From Octopus sinensis (lineage: Eukaryota), in contig NC_043002.1 of assembly GCF_006345805.1 (NCBI RefSeq), positions 82,956,001-83,020,000 on the forward strand: DNA of 64,000 nucleotides. The letters are read 5' to 3'. Positions 36,542-49,365 of the stretch are shown here, piece after piece. A model generated the notes under the pieces. The model saw only the letters and a list, made by a program, of their open reading frames with translations, was not told where the DNA came from and searched no databases. A program made the translations under genes and the position numbers. How positions within the stretch are numbered: the first letter of the stretch is position 1; each line of letters begins with the position of its first letter.

Positions 36542-36817
36542 TCAGAGATGTTCATTTTCATTTACGACAACAACGTGACTAAAATCTCCGTTTGGACTGA
36601 GTTTGTCATTTATTTCTTGGGTATTATCTCGACTCCTGTCAAGTGAGTTTGGTGTAGAAAACGTGTTCGAGCTACTCGGATGTGTTATACGTTTATTCAG
36701 CGAATTATTGACTAGATTTAAGTTTGGTTCACTTGCTTGATTTTCTATTGGTTTACATATCTTCATTTCTGCACTGTAGCCCAAGTTTACACTACCATTA
36801 AGAGCGAGTTCATTTTT
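36542..36817 (-). CDS. DUOXA: DUOXA probable last coding exon (cytoplasmic tail)
   Basis: Strong ttttctattttcag| acceptor in phase 0, compatible with exon 7; 91 open codons KNELALNGSVNLGYSAEMK...NENEHL*. The sequence is not conserved, so the call rests on splice signal and phase. Confidence 0.7.
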   Translation of the reverse strand, partial: KNELALNGSVNLGYSAEMKICKPIENQASEPNLNLVNNSLNKRITHPSSSNTFSTPNSLDRSRDNTQEINDKLSPNGDFSHVVVVNENEHL

Positions 36818-36855
36818 CTGAAAATAGAAATAGAAAATAATACAACCTTGATTTA

Positions 36856-37370
36856 TCTATATATATAAAACTGTAGTTGTGTGAGTGTCTGTCCCCTTCG
36901 ATTTAGATTCCTAACTACTCCCACATTTTGCGGTGCAGTTTAACCAAATTCGGGTATCTTATAGTCGTGATTCATATCGAGCCCGTCTGGGTATTAGTGC
37001 GCGTCTACGATGAGTCTACGATTTAAAAAATAATTTAACATAATTTTTTATTCCATTTTAATGCATATTTTTTCGTGTGTCGATGGCGGCGGAGTTGGCG
37101 TCCACGCTCAGACACCTGCACCTGTGTTGCTTCTCCCCTTCTTCCCTCCCTCGTGAAGCTGTGGGGAAGGGAGTGTAAGGAAATCAACGTCGTAATGCGT
37201 TGTCAAGGAGACCAGCGTTCTTTTAGAACAACGACTTCATGGCTTGAAGACACCAAAACAGAAATGGCTAAGAAAGCCCGAATTGGCATCTATAAGGGAA
37301 GTAACTCTCTAAAAATGCTTATATAGTTATTTCCCTTACAAACCCGAGCAACGCCGGGCGATACTGCTAG
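36856..37370 (+). mobile_element. Non-autonomous Helitron (515 bp)
   Basis: 5' TC start (tctatatatataaaa), 3' CTAG end preceded by hairpin cccgagcaacgccggg, inserted between host A and T, no TSD. Confidence 0.88.
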
Positions 37371-38135
37371 TTAAGTTATATTTGAATTTGCTAAAAGGCC
37401 CACAAATGTTAGAGACAAGTTTGAATTCCAAATGATCTAATTGCTCATTTATAGTCTTTCATTGCCTTCATGTCCACATGAAATTTAATGTTAACAGATA
37501 TTAGTTTCAACGAAATATGAACAGTGACTAAATTTTAAACAAAGCACCCACCCGCTCTTTTTTAGGCTCAAAGATCCGGGCGTGCTTCTGGCTGAGGAGT
37601 CAACATGTCGAGACACCGGTATCCCTGGATTGCTTGCACCAATGACCCGAATGCGTTGTGAATTTGTTGGTTTCCTGTGACATACAAAGCGATTACCATA
37701 TTTGCGTTCGAAGAACAATTAAGCAAGCAATAGTTTCTAATTTATTTCGAATATCAAAAACTAATCCCGAGAAAGCCACTAGCAAAATTGAGATTTTACG
37801 AAACTCGTATTTAATATAGACAAGTGCACTGGTCAACTTATTAATTGAAACTAATAAAATATTCAGATTGGTGTTCAGATTCAAATTCCTTCAGGCATTT
37901 TTGAAAACTATGAAGTTCAGTAACACTAATGATTCGAATCTTTAACTGCTAAACTATTTGCATAAACCATGACGCAAAGATTTAAAAATATTAACCAAAT
38001 TAAATCACCAGAACCTAAATATGCATAAGCAGTATATTCACACTATCATACGTTTTTCCGAGCGAGCGAGCGAGCGAGCGAGTGAGTGAGTGAGTGAGTG
38101 AGTGATGCTATGTAAATATAAATGTATAAATACAA

Positions 38136-38404
38136 AGTGGTTAGGGCAACGGACTTGCGGTTTCGATTCCCAGTCCGGGCGTTGTGAGTGTTTATTGAGC
38201 GAAAACACCTAAAGCTCCGCGAGTCTCCGGCAGGGTGGTGGTGGCAATCCCTGCTGTACTCTTTCAGCACAACTTTCTCTCACTCTTCTGTTGGCCTGCT
38301 CGCTTAGCCAGCGGGGTGGTGTCATTTGAAGGCTAAAACAATGCAAAGCGCATTGTGACCAGCGATGTGTAGCAACATCTGATAGCCCTTGTCGGTCACG
38401 GTGA
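38136..38404 (+). mobile_element. tRNA-derived SINE, third family
   Basis: agtggttagggca...ggtttcgattcccag A/B boxes; homologous to 20342-20485. Confidence 0.8.
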
Positions 38405-39326
38405 CACACACACACACACACACACACACAATTATGAAACGCACGAACATATGCGCATGTAAATATATATGCATGCGTGTTTATGCATTTCAGGATGACT
38501 ATGTCGACAACTTAAAAAATACGTAGATACATGAAAACTTTTGTATATGCATACACTTACATAAATCTATATATACATGTATATAAATGCACTTGCCTGT
38601 ATATTTAACACACTCTAATGCCGTTTAAAAACTACATTATGTCTCGTAATTTTGCAATGCGACGAAACTATCGCTAAAATGAGTAGCAGACTCTGAACGA
38701 GTACCAGAAATGAGTACCAGACCCTGAACGAGTACCAGACTGTACTAGGGGATAAATACAATGGACTTCAACCCTTCGAGGTGGCGCCATATCGTGGTGG
38801 CAAGTCTAGTAATAAAGCATTTGGAAAATTAAGATTATGGTAGGATACTTTTATCCAAGGTACTGTACAATGGGATCGAACCGAGAATCACTTTAACCAC
38901 AAAACCATGTCAACCTATTAGTCAACAGATTCCAAAGACCCATAGTATGGCGGCAGGTGTGATCATTAATAGATATTAAGTTTGATAAGTGTTCTATAAA
39001 GCAGGACTAACTTTTGAGTCACATTTATCTTAGTAATTTTTTTTGTGTCCCTTTAAAACAGCAAAATGATTTATCGAAAAAGAATTTAAGCCAGTAAATT
39101 TGGGAGAAGGGCGTCAGTCGATAACTAACCCCAACATTTGGTGAATACTTTCTTTTATCGACCCTGAAGGTATGAAAAAGTTGAAATAATAAAAATAACA
39201 TTTCCTCAGTTAAACATCGCATCAAGGAAACTTCAGTACTTCCTCCGAAAGGTTTTGAAGCAACCCAAAATATCATCGGGTTGTTCAAAGTATTACATAC
39301 CAAAGAAGAATTATGACCTTTATATA

Positions 39327-39358
<32 letters not shown>

Positions 39359-39374
39359 AAACCCTCGACTATCA

Positions 39375-40320
39375 TTTTCCACTTGCAAAAACCTTGTTCG
39401 TTGCCCATTCTCGCTAGCGATAGTCCTCTACGAACTCTTTGTATTTGGCTCTCCTCTCATGAACTTCCTCCGTTCTCTCCTCCCAGGGCACAGTTAATTC
39501 CAGAAGGATTAACTGCTTTGTTGCCCTGGAAACCAAGGTATTTGGTTTTGAGGAGGTCTGGGTGATATGCGCTGAAAACTTTAGCCGTTTCGCCAGATCA
39601 ACTTTCATAATCTAATCCCGTTCTGTGGAAATTACTCTCGAAGCTGCTCTTGGCTCTTTTCGTTGGCTTCTCTTCTTCCTTGCTGTCACTGATCTTACTG
39701 ACTGCTTGAGCTACGGTCTTCACGACCTGATCATGTCTAGAGATAGTTAGTGTCCTTCACTCAGTACCTTCGAGCAGCTACTAAAAGTGTGCTTCGGAGT
39801 GCTTGTCTCAGACCTCATAAAGCATGCTGAGGTTTTCAACGAGTCTTATGAAAATAGGTTAGAAAATAAAACTGGCGAGGACACCATAGATCTGCGTGGA
39901 TCAAGGACTTAACTATGGGTTCTACTTTCGGATTGTCTTTCCAGGGGATATTCCGCTCCATCATCTGTTCCCACTTTATCGAGGTACCTTGTTTCCTCTG
40001 CTTGCTCTTTCTCCACTGATCCTTTGCACCACATTCCGCCTCTGCTATCTGCGTCATATTGGATCTGTTGAACTTCTGAATCCGACCATGCCCTGTGCAA
40101 CTCTCCTAAGGAGGACTGCGTTTCAGGTGTACTACCGCCTTCTATTTCCTATTCTTACTGCAACCCCTACGTCAAACACTTCGGTGTCTCTAAAATTGGG
40201 GCACTGAAGGTGTTCTGGTACCAGGCTTACCATGAATTTCTCCAAGGACTGAACTTGTTGCTGCTTCCATACAGCGCTAAGTGCTTACACTGCGTGGTAA
40301 ACCCAGACACTTGCGAAGGT
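39375..40320 (-). mobile_element. HERO/R2-group non-LTR retrotransposon remnant (restriction-like endonuclease region)
   Basis: KQLILLELTVPWEERTEEVHERRAKY fits the RLE motif of HERO-type elements; many frameshifts. Confidence 0.8.
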
Positions 40321-40339
40321 GGCTACTTTATATATCCTT

Positions 40340-40572
40340 AAGGCGGCGAGCTGGCAGAAACGTTAGCACGCCGGGCGAAATGCATAGCCGTATTTCGTCT
40401 GCAGTTACGTTCTGAATTCAAATTCCGCTGAAGTTGACTTTGCCTTTCATCCTTTCGGGGTCGATAAATAAAGAACCAGTTTCGCACTGGGGTTGAGGTA
40501 ATCGACTTAATCCGTTTGTCTGTCCTTGCTTGCCCCCTCTATGTTTAGCGTCTTGTGGGCAATAAAGAAATG
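40340..40572 (+). mobile_element. tRNA-derived SINE, second family, full length
   Basis: Reverse complement of 5256-5484; ends cttgtgggcaataaagaaat. Confidence 0.88.
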
Positions 40573-41426
40573 TACTTTATATATCCTCTACTTTTGTTGT
40601 AAATCTATAGTTTGAGAGTGGCGGAATTAAGGTCGAAATGTTTTTACTTGAAAAACTACTTTAATGAATCTACACTATCCTCAAGCTTCAACTACAAATA
40701 TTCGAACATAAATGCTTTTCCTTTAAAGATTAATAACCGAATCAGCTGTGGTATACTTAATTATTGACGCTACGTACCTCTTATTCTGTTGCAAATAATA
40801 CGAGTTAATAACAAAAAATGTCTGGATATATACAAACGATAAGGTTTCGTTAGCATAAATATGAAAAGAAATAAACTTTCAACTGTTGCCGAGGACAATA
40901 AAATAAATAGGTGAAGTTACTGCAGAACTAATTTAGAAAAATTACATCCGAATTTTTTAATGTCATTATTTGCTACCAACTTGTAACTGACAAAAACTAT
41001 TTCAGCAAATATGTATTGTTTGCACTGAGTAAATTCTCTGACTTTGCTATTTATTGAAGAGTTACAATCTCTGATATTACTGAAAATTGTTTATCAAAAG
41101 AGAGAGAGAAAAAAGTGCGAGCTCAGAAGTTTTTAACTTGGGCAGTAGTACCCTATTGAGATCGTTGAGAGATCACGAGGGGCAGTAAATGTCAAAGAAG
41201 CGACGATATTTAGACTGTCGTTATGTTACTTGAAAATATTTTGAAATTGTTCAAACCAGGTATAATTTTATTTTAAGTACATTAAAAAAAATCTATGTTG
41301 GGTTTAGAATGGCAATAGGACGTTGTGTTAGCAGAAATATGACCGATGAAGCACGAAGGTCCAGTAGTTTCCATATACAAGTCCTCACCTCCTATTGTAA
41401 TTTCCATAAAAAAAAAAGAATTTCTA

Positions 41427-41760
41427 GAGGCGCAGGCGTGGCTAGGTGGTAAGAAGCTTGCTTCTCAACCACATAGTCCTGGATTCAGTCCCACTGCGTG
41501 GCACCTTCAGCAAGTGTATTTTACTATAGCCTCGGACCGACCAAAGCCCTGTGAGTGCATTTGGTAGTCGGAAACTAAGAAGCTCGTCGTGTGTTTTCCC
41601 ATCACCGCTTGACAATACATGTTGGTGTGTAACTTAGTGGTTTGGCAAAAGATTCCGATAGAATAAGTACCTGGTTTAAAAAATAAGTCCTCGATTTTTT
41701 CAACTAAAACCCTTCAAGGTGGTGCTCCAGCATGGTTGCAGTCAAATGACAAACAAAAGA
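41427..41760 (+). mobile_element. tRNA-derived SINE, first family, near full length
   Basis: Collinear with 5064-5228 plus 5497-5700. Further partial copies at about 10645, 43590, 51350(-), 60700(-) and 62060. Confidence 0.85.
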
Positions 41761-42991
41761 ATAGAGAGGCACATTCTGAATGAGAACCATTGCACAAAAT
41801 CTGCTGTTTTACAAAATATGGGGAGTAGCGTTTAATAAAATATCTTTCAGTGAAAAGATGGTGGTGCTTGGTGCTGTAAATAGATCAGAACCATTATGTT
41901 AACTTAATGGTAAATTGCTAGATGTTCAACCGTACAGAGTTTCCTCAAAGTTAACAGTGAGAAATGCTGTGGTCACTGATGCTTACTTTCTGAAGACAGT
42001 TGATACCTAGCCCAATCCACTTAACTACGAAGTGCCTTTCAGAGATACAGTATGTCAATATAAAACTGGCAGACGTTTCGGTAGGCTGCAGCGTAAAGTG
42101 GTGTGAAGCGACACCAAATCTATAAAGCAGTCTAGTTTTGTCACTTTGTGTGTGGCCTAGTGTTGTTGGTTTGTCGAAGTCATGAGGTCGAAGTCCTGGA
42201 TCTGGTGTCATAGTGTAACCCTTGAGGAAAGTACTTCATTTCATGTTGCTCCTGTCTGCTCAGGTGAAAAAGAGTGCTAGCCAAATGCCGAGACTTCTTT
42301 CCCCACTCAGTTGTCTCTTTCTTGATATTCCGCTGGGTGGATGGGTGGGTGGGCCAACAAGATGTCTACGTTTGCCGGTACCTACACAAGCTCCTAACAC
42401 AATTAAGTACCAAGTTATACTGCCTGCGATTGAGGGCTATAATATATACGTACATTGTGTGTACATGCATGTATACCCGTAACACAAGAGTAAACTGCAA
42501 GCATTTAGCAATCGGATAATAATATACTCTGAGACTGAGTAAAAGACGGAATGGTCGTGGTTAGAAAGTTTTGATCATATGTCTGCTTGATCAGGATACA
42601 ATTTTAAATATGCCTGGCTGCTATTCATGGAAGATCAAGCGACCCGGCAGAGGCTCCTTAGTTGGTTTCTGTTTAAGAGTTCTCAAAATGGTGTTATTTT
42701 GGTGATATGCTAGCTGAGCCCAACTCCGCCACTCCTCAAAACATGGCTTTCTTGCTGCTTGGACATTTTAAAAGGAACCTACTGTGTTTGCCGGTCTTAT
42801 AAGACGCACTCTTGCACGAAAGAAACTCTTTTGCGAAAAGTGTATATCTTGTGAACCCTTCGCTCCCCGCCTCACAAATTTAACGTTTCATCATACACTC
42901 ATACTCTATGTCCCGTCCGTAATACGGTCACATGACAAGCATGACAATTTTGTTACATTTAATAAAATAACGCGTCTTGTATACCAGCATA

Positions 42992-43200
42992 CGAAGTGGG
43001 TGCTGAAAAGTTCCTGGTTTTGGGTCAAAGAAAATGCAGGAGGACCAGTTAATGATTTTATTCAACATATTTCCCTCTCTAATTCACACTTATTGCAGCG
43101 GTACTTCAGTTTTTCTAAGTCCTGTAAAAGAACTCGCAATGTTGAACCTCCAGCCAGGCCTTTCGCGATACCCTCAAAGCCAGGAACTTTTTAGCATACG
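42992..43200 (-). mobile_element. Tc1/mariner-type MITE
   Basis: TIR gtgctgaaaagttcctgg / ccaggaactttttagcat; inverted homolog of 60476-60693. Confidence 0.8.
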
Positions 43201-43321
43201 GTGTTCCTTGTGAGAATGTGATGGAATATGAACAATCCCTAAGCTGACATTCTACAGTCTTGGCCCATGCCTTTCTATCTCCAAATAAGAAAATATAATT
43301 TAAGAAAAATATTTTAGTTAC

Positions 43322-43455
43322 CCGATTATATCCATCGGCATTGTACATTTCCTCGGCGTCTTCTTCATTCTCAAAGCCGAATAAGCAGTGCAATCTGTTT
43401 GGATCAAAAGCATTCAATGCCACGAAGAACAAACCGATCGCAGAAATAATAATAC
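43322..43455 (-). CDS. DUOXA: DUOXA coding exon 7
   Basis: ctctttcaag| acceptor, CGG|gtaact donor; 134 nt, phase 1-0; GIIISAIGLFFVALNAFDPNRLHCLFGFENEEDAEEMYNADGYNR (end of last TM plus acidic tail). Confidence 0.88.
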
Positions 43456-43514
43456 CTTGAAAGAGAAATATTGTATTGCAATTGAATTTCGGAACTAGGT
43501 TAGCAGAATAAAGT

Positions 43515-43557
<43 letters not shown>

Positions 43558-44074
43558 CATACATACATACATACGTATATATAAATAGACCCCTGCCAAC
43601 CAATGCTTTGTGAGTAAATTTGGTTGGCAGAAACCGTGTGGAAGCCTGTCATGTGTGTGTGTATATGTGTGTACGTATGTCCACTGCTTGACAGATGGTG
43701 TTGGTTTGTTTATATCCCCTTAATTTAATTGTTCGGCAAAATATAGCAAACTTTAAAAGAAAAATACTGGGAATATATTTATTCGACTAAATATTTCAAG
43801 GCAGAGCCTCAGCATGGCCGCCGCAGTCTGATGACTGGAACAAGTAAAAGATTCTGTTTTCTGCTTGTAGAATAATGCAAGCAGAATGCCAGGCAGTTTC
43901 TGACTTCTGTAGTACTTTCAGTAAATTTTGTTTAGGTATGGATGGATTCGTACAACAACACAATGGATAGTGTGAGTGTAGGAATAACTAACCTAGACAG
44001 ATGGGCTTAAAGAGTCTGTGAACGAAGTCTGTATGGATCAAAGCAGACACACAAGAAATTAAAATATGCATTAA

Positions 44075-44424
44075 CCCCTTCAGTCACTTTATACAATGTA
44101 TTGGAAATTTTTCAGCATAAATTACAAAAAAAATATAAATAAAGTTGAGTCACAATCACCAATTCATTGGACACCTCTAAAACATAACCAAGACCACGTG
44201 ATTCTGACTGTGCTTGCTCGCGTCATAGAGGATGGCTGCGTGTTCGCGTAAATCATAGATTTAATAGGTATATTTCTTTATCGAATGTTAGTAAAATTTT
44301 TATTTATCCAGGCCAGAAATTAAGCACATTGAATTCTTTCAAAATTTATTCAATGTGTTACCTGTATTTTGGCATAAATAAAAAATTAAAAACCGTTTTA
44401 CTTTTTTATCCGTGATTAAAGAGG
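44075..44424. mobile_element. piggyBac-like MITE
   Basis: ttaa|ccccttcagtcac...gtgattaaagagg|ttaa: TTAA on both sides, CC/GG ends, imperfect 13-bp TIR. Confidence 0.6.
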
Positions 44425-44590
44425 TTAAGTCATAAATTGACGCTTTAGCGAAATGATGTTCTCAAAAATAGTTAATTTGCGTTTATAGATTCGATTCTTT
44501 GACGAGATGATATGACAAAGAATAACCAACAATTTTAAAAATAAAAGGCGAGGGAAAAAGAAAAGAGAGCGTGTGAGAGTATTTTCTTAC

Positions 44591-44802
44591 CTGTTACCAA
44601 TACAAGATAGAAACACCATCCATAACTAAGTCGGAGCACTTCTTCACCAAAAGGTATCTGAATTGGATGCGGTGGCTGAAGCGAGTGATAAACGATTGCA
44701 GTTATACACATGGTGAGTCCACTAATCAGAAACATCACGGAACCGTAGAAGACCACCGAACACATTAAAATTACTGTTATTATCCAAAAGGTGAGCGTCG
44801 CA
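44591..44802 (-). CDS. DUOXA: DUOXA coding exon 6 (TM3-TM5)
   Basis: ttttccag| acceptor after an 87-nt intron, G|gtaaga donor; 212 nt, phase 2-1; ATLTFWIITVILMCSVVFYG...IPFGEEVLRLSYGWCFYLVLVTG. Confidence 0.93.
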
Positions 44803-44889
44803 CTGGAAAAATTAAAATTATTATTTTTATTAAATAACACGATACAGGGAGTCTGAGCAATCTATTGGAGCTTTACAGAAGGTACTTAC

Positions 44890-45043
44890 CATAGTAAAAT
44901 ATAGGCGTAGTATCCAGCAGTTCGGAAATATCTTCCCCACATTAAATCACTGCCCTCAAAACACATGTAGTTAGTTAGAGTCAGAATTGGTGACGGTAGA
45001 CCAAGCTGGAACTTGTGACCACGTTGTATTTGTAATTCGTCCG
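44890..45043 (-). CDS. DUOXA: DUOXA coding exon 5
   Basis: ttttcag| acceptor, TG|gtaagt donor; 154 nt, phase 1-2; GLPSPILTLTNYMCFEGSDLMWGRYFRTAGYYAYILL is the GLPxPIL...WG..YR.AGYY signature. Confidence 0.93.
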
Positions 45044-45259
45044 CTGAAAATTTAAAAAAAAATCTTAAACATACAGAGAAAAAATTCCTCTTACCGTTTG
45101 ATAAGTTATCAAATTAACTGAAATCTTTATTTCCATTGTTACAAAATAACTAAACGGCTCAAAGGCATGTCGTTCCTATCTAGCAATGACAGTTAATACA
45201 AGGAAAGTAGCCAGCCCCTTACAACATGAAGCGGGGTTAGAAATTCAAACTTGAGGTTA

Positions 45260-45739
45260 AAGAATTCAAGGAACAATATTAAGGAAACGAGAAGGCTTGA
45301 AGGAGGAGCCCTTAGCCTGGACCGAAGGCAGAAGTTGGCCTTCGCAGGTGACTGCGAAGGTCATATCGGAGGACAACATGTCCATGGTGTTGGGCTCTTT
45401 TACGAAGGACTTGTTTAGAGTCAATTTTGGGGACCCCGACCGGGATCCAGAGCAGTACCTATGGGCAGCTTATAGCCTGCTCGGAGGCGAAGAAGAATAG
45501 GCTTAGCGCCGAAATATGTATATATTTGTAATGATTAATATTGTTGTTATTTTAGAGGAATTGTAAGAGGTTCATTGCCTCATCTAATGTATTGTTAAAG
45601 AACAATGTTATAGAGAAGCAGAGGGTCGGCGGTCGCTTTCTGTTTTCTCTCATCCTTATCATTGTATCATTATCATTCATTTCATTAATGTCTTGTCCAG
45701 CCCGCAAAGATACCCAATCTATGTATTGTCTTCATGACA
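45260..45739 (+). mobile_element. Possible LTR-retroelement 3' remnant
   Basis: GC-richer stretch with a short ORF end, a purine tract, then TGTAAG...ATGACA (45562-45739); no TSD found. Confidence 0.25.
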
Positions 45740-46998
45740 AATTTAATAAAATAATGTAGTTTACAAAATTCTAATTATTTTATTCTTTTTTATAAGTCTT
45801 CAGTATAATATCTGTAACTAGTTAGATATCTTACGAAATGAGGTTTCATTAAAATTAACGATGAAACAAATAAATAGGGAGTAAATTGGCAAATGCATTT
45901 TAAGGGAATTAATCATTTAAAAAGAAACTTCGCATTCTGGGTCCACTGGGAGCAGCATTGTTACTGCCTCTTAATCTTTAGTAATTTCTGGTGAAACCGA
46001 CACAAGAGTAATTGAAAAATTACAAAAACATTGACCAGATAAAGATTTTTCTTGGTTTAAGTATCCGTTCTATCTCCAGTGTCCAAGGATTTCGGTTAAC
46101 AGATCTTGGAGGTATTTCTCTTGTTTGTTTTCCGTTTTAGATTTTAAACATCGAGAGACGGATTTTTAAAATTATTTCTAATTCCTTGAATAATCTTAGC
46201 TGGTCAGTTTTCCTACTCACACATGCAGGATTCTACTGTATAGAGCAATACTGTACAGTATTGCTCCAGAGCAGTCTTAAATCCAACTTCAACTTACTGC
46301 TACATATGTTAGGGGGAAAAAAATCACGTTAGATTACGACCCAGTTTCCCAGCTATGTAGTCCTAGGCCAGTTTGGATTGGGCAAACCTATGCTGAAAAA
46401 GCACTTCATCTATTTTTTTTTACAGATGTAGGATTTAATTATCTAATGAATAAATTTAAGACTCTAGGGAGTAATCTGAGGGAGATTCAATTGCTATTTC
46501 TAGGAGATCGAGTGACAACGTGGAGGTTCCTTCGTTGGCTCATTATTTGCCTAGTAATTATTTTAAGAATAACCATTTTACTGTCGATTGGATTCTTTAG
46601 ACTTCGTATTTTGGGATTTTTTTGAAACAGTGGTAAACAGCCTACTTCAGAATTACCAAGGATTTCATTTATAGCTTTGGATATAGCAATATCAACGACA
46701 TAGATTTAGACAATAATTGGAGTTAATCCTTCACATTAATTGAAAGGTAATATGCGATGTTGCGTTTTCAAAATGTGCGCAATTGCTCTATCAGTGTTTT
46801 AGTTTATTATGCCATTATAAAAATAAAACGATTCCAGGGCTTGAATCAACACTGGAAGAATAAACGGCAAAGTTGAACCGGCATTGATTATTTTGAACTC
46901 TTGTTAATCGACAACGCAAATATTCTTCACTGCTGTTGACTGAACACTGAAGTCCAAAGAAAAAAAAGAAGTTGAATGATAGTGGTATAGTGAAAGAG

Positions 46999-47210
46999 GG
47001 CACTACTTAAGAAGAGTGGTCCCTGTGTGCGCACTCGTGTACTCGCGCATCCGCGCTAGCTAGTCGTGACTAGTCGATCCTACGACTACCTAGCAAAGTC
47101 GTAAATAAAACACAAAAACACAAAGTAAGGATCGACTAGTCACGACTAGCTAGCGCGGATGCGCGAGTACGCGAGTGCGCGCACCGGGACCACTCTTCTT
47201 AAGTAGTACC
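46999..47210. mobile_element. Mutator-like MITE, ~83-bp CpG-rich TIRs, 9-bp TSD
   Basis: ggcactacttaagaagagtggtcc...gatcct / aggatc...ggaccactcttcttaagtagtacc; flanks gtgaaagag (46990-46998) and gtgaaagcg (47211-47219). Confidence 0.88.
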
Positions 47211-47372
47211 GTGAAAGCGTTCATTTGTTTGTTCAGGCCATGTTGGTTGTTTACATAAAATGAAACGCCGCGGCTTGCTTTCAGTTACCAATATTTTAGT
47301 TATCCTGGAAATTATGTGCAAGTTAATATTAAATGGTTCGTAAGATGCAAAAATAAAAGGATATTGTCTTAC

Positions 47373-47429
47373 CGTTGAATAGAAAAAGTCGTTCATTGTA
47401 ATATACAGTCGAGTTCTGACTGATTTCAC
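47373..47429 (-). CDS. DUOXA: DUOXA coding exon 4
   Basis: ttggcag| acceptor, G|gtaaga donor; 57 nt, phase 1-1; GEISQNSTVYYNERLFLFN carries the YNExF-like motif and sequon NST. Confidence 0.88.
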
Positions 47430-49365
47430 CTGCCAAAAATAAATTAAACTTTTTTTTTTAACAGCAAAGCAAATTAGTTTGGTTGGACAAAAAAGAAAGA
47501 TTACAAATACTGCCAAATAAAAAACCGCTTTGCACTCCTTGAATACAGCCGTAATTGCTAGTTGCAGTATTCCAGTTCTCCGAAAACATTCTCATATAAC
47601 TAATTTTATAGTCAAAATTAACGCCAGTAAAATATTAGCAAGGGTTTGTTTTCCACCATAACTAAGAATTCGAAAATGTCATTTTAAATAGAAACCTATC
47701 TTGAATCATTACGTTTATGTTAAATCAGCCAATTAAAAACGCAACCTTAATATTATTAGCTTTTGGCAAGAGAGAAAATGCCTGACTGTTAAAATGTTTG
47801 AAAATCGATGGAAGAATGTAGCACGGATGTTGCGTGTAGATGGATCCTCATGAATGCGACACAGGATGTAACTCAGGTATCAGTGGCGAGGCGGGGACTC
47901 GTGGGGTCCGAATTAAACCCGCCCCCCCACTCCATCCGTAATGTCTTCCGGTCTGTCCTACCATTCGATTTTATTATATTTTCTTATTTTTGTAAAATTT
48001 TTAATGTCATTTTTTGTATAATCATTCGCTCATCTGACCCCAAAATCAGATTGCATTGTTCCCTCTTCGTTGGCCCCTTGTTGGTAATAAAAAATCAATT
48101 AGTTTTTTGACATCAAATACATTTTTTTCACTCCACCAGGTATCAACTGCTCTATGTCTTTAGAATATAGTTAAATTTGTATCCTTGGAAAAGGAGAGTA
48201 TTTGCCCAAAGTCAACGAGGGAGTTGTCTCAGATCAGAAGTGATGGTGGTGGTTTAGTCGATCAGGGTTTTATATAACTAGAAATAATTGAACAACGAAT
48301 AGGAATACTGAAAAAATAGTGTGAAGTTTAGTAGGGGAGAGTGCAAGTAATGATAATCAGAGAAGAGGCTATTTGAACGTAGGCAAAGTAAAATCAATGA
48401 GAGGTGAAGAACAAAGCTACTTTAAAAAGGCGAGACAATAGCACGACAGCTGCAAAGAAATCGACATTTTGATATTGCCAAAAAGTTCGTAGAGAAGAGA
48501 GGGCTTTAGTATAGGGGTCAGAGTGTGTTTGAGGGAATGAAGGATTCAATAAAGATATATAGAAACCCTTGTTTATTATTCTACCTGCTCTATAAAAAAA
48601 GAGAGTTCAGTGTTTTTTTTTTAATGTCGAGATTTATTACTAAATGTAACAATGTGAATGCGCGTGGCTTGATGGTTAAGATGTTCTGATCATAAGGTCA
48701 GGATTTAGATTCATAGAGGAGACTGTGTGTTGTGTCTGAGCAAAGTAATTTATTTCACGTTACTCTCGTCTACTCAGCTGAAATGGGCACCAACCGGATG
48801 CTGGTGCAACCTGCTTTCCATCCACTATTCATATCACGGTTGTTCTGTTGTATTTTTTATGAAGGGTCGAGAGGCCGTCGAGGTCTACTAGTGAGTAAAT
48901 ATTCACCTAGAGAGCAACCAACAAAGGCAGGATACAGATTACCAAATCATACTCGTTCGTGAGTGACGGCCTGCAATACGCTAGTGATTAAATGTTTTCG
49001 TATTATTGGTTAATTAATTTTGGCGTTTAAAATATTTCTTGAAGGAATTCAAAGAATCTCCAAATGAATATTGTCATTGTGTGAATATTATATTTTCTGG
49101 GCCTGTATTTAATGTACGAGCGACTATTTAATGTAGCTGAGCGATTGTTTGTATATAACATCTACAGTTTACAATAGTCTCAAGGATAAATAACTATGAA
49201 AGGAATCCACGTATAAAACCTGCCCCTTTGGCACAACTCAAACTGCTTCGTCTTGACTCAGTTTTCGTTTTATCGAAGATGGATTAATTTCATGCCCCAC
49301 CCCATGTTAAATTGATGAAGACTATATGGGGAAAGAATGTGATTAATTTGTTCTTGACAACCTAC

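Noticed and set aside
43115-43321. Read-through of ORF 43115-43432 as the true DUOXA C-terminus
   Set aside because: It passes a GT donor and ends within a mariner MITE; the 36542-36817 exon fits better, though a minor isoform is possible.
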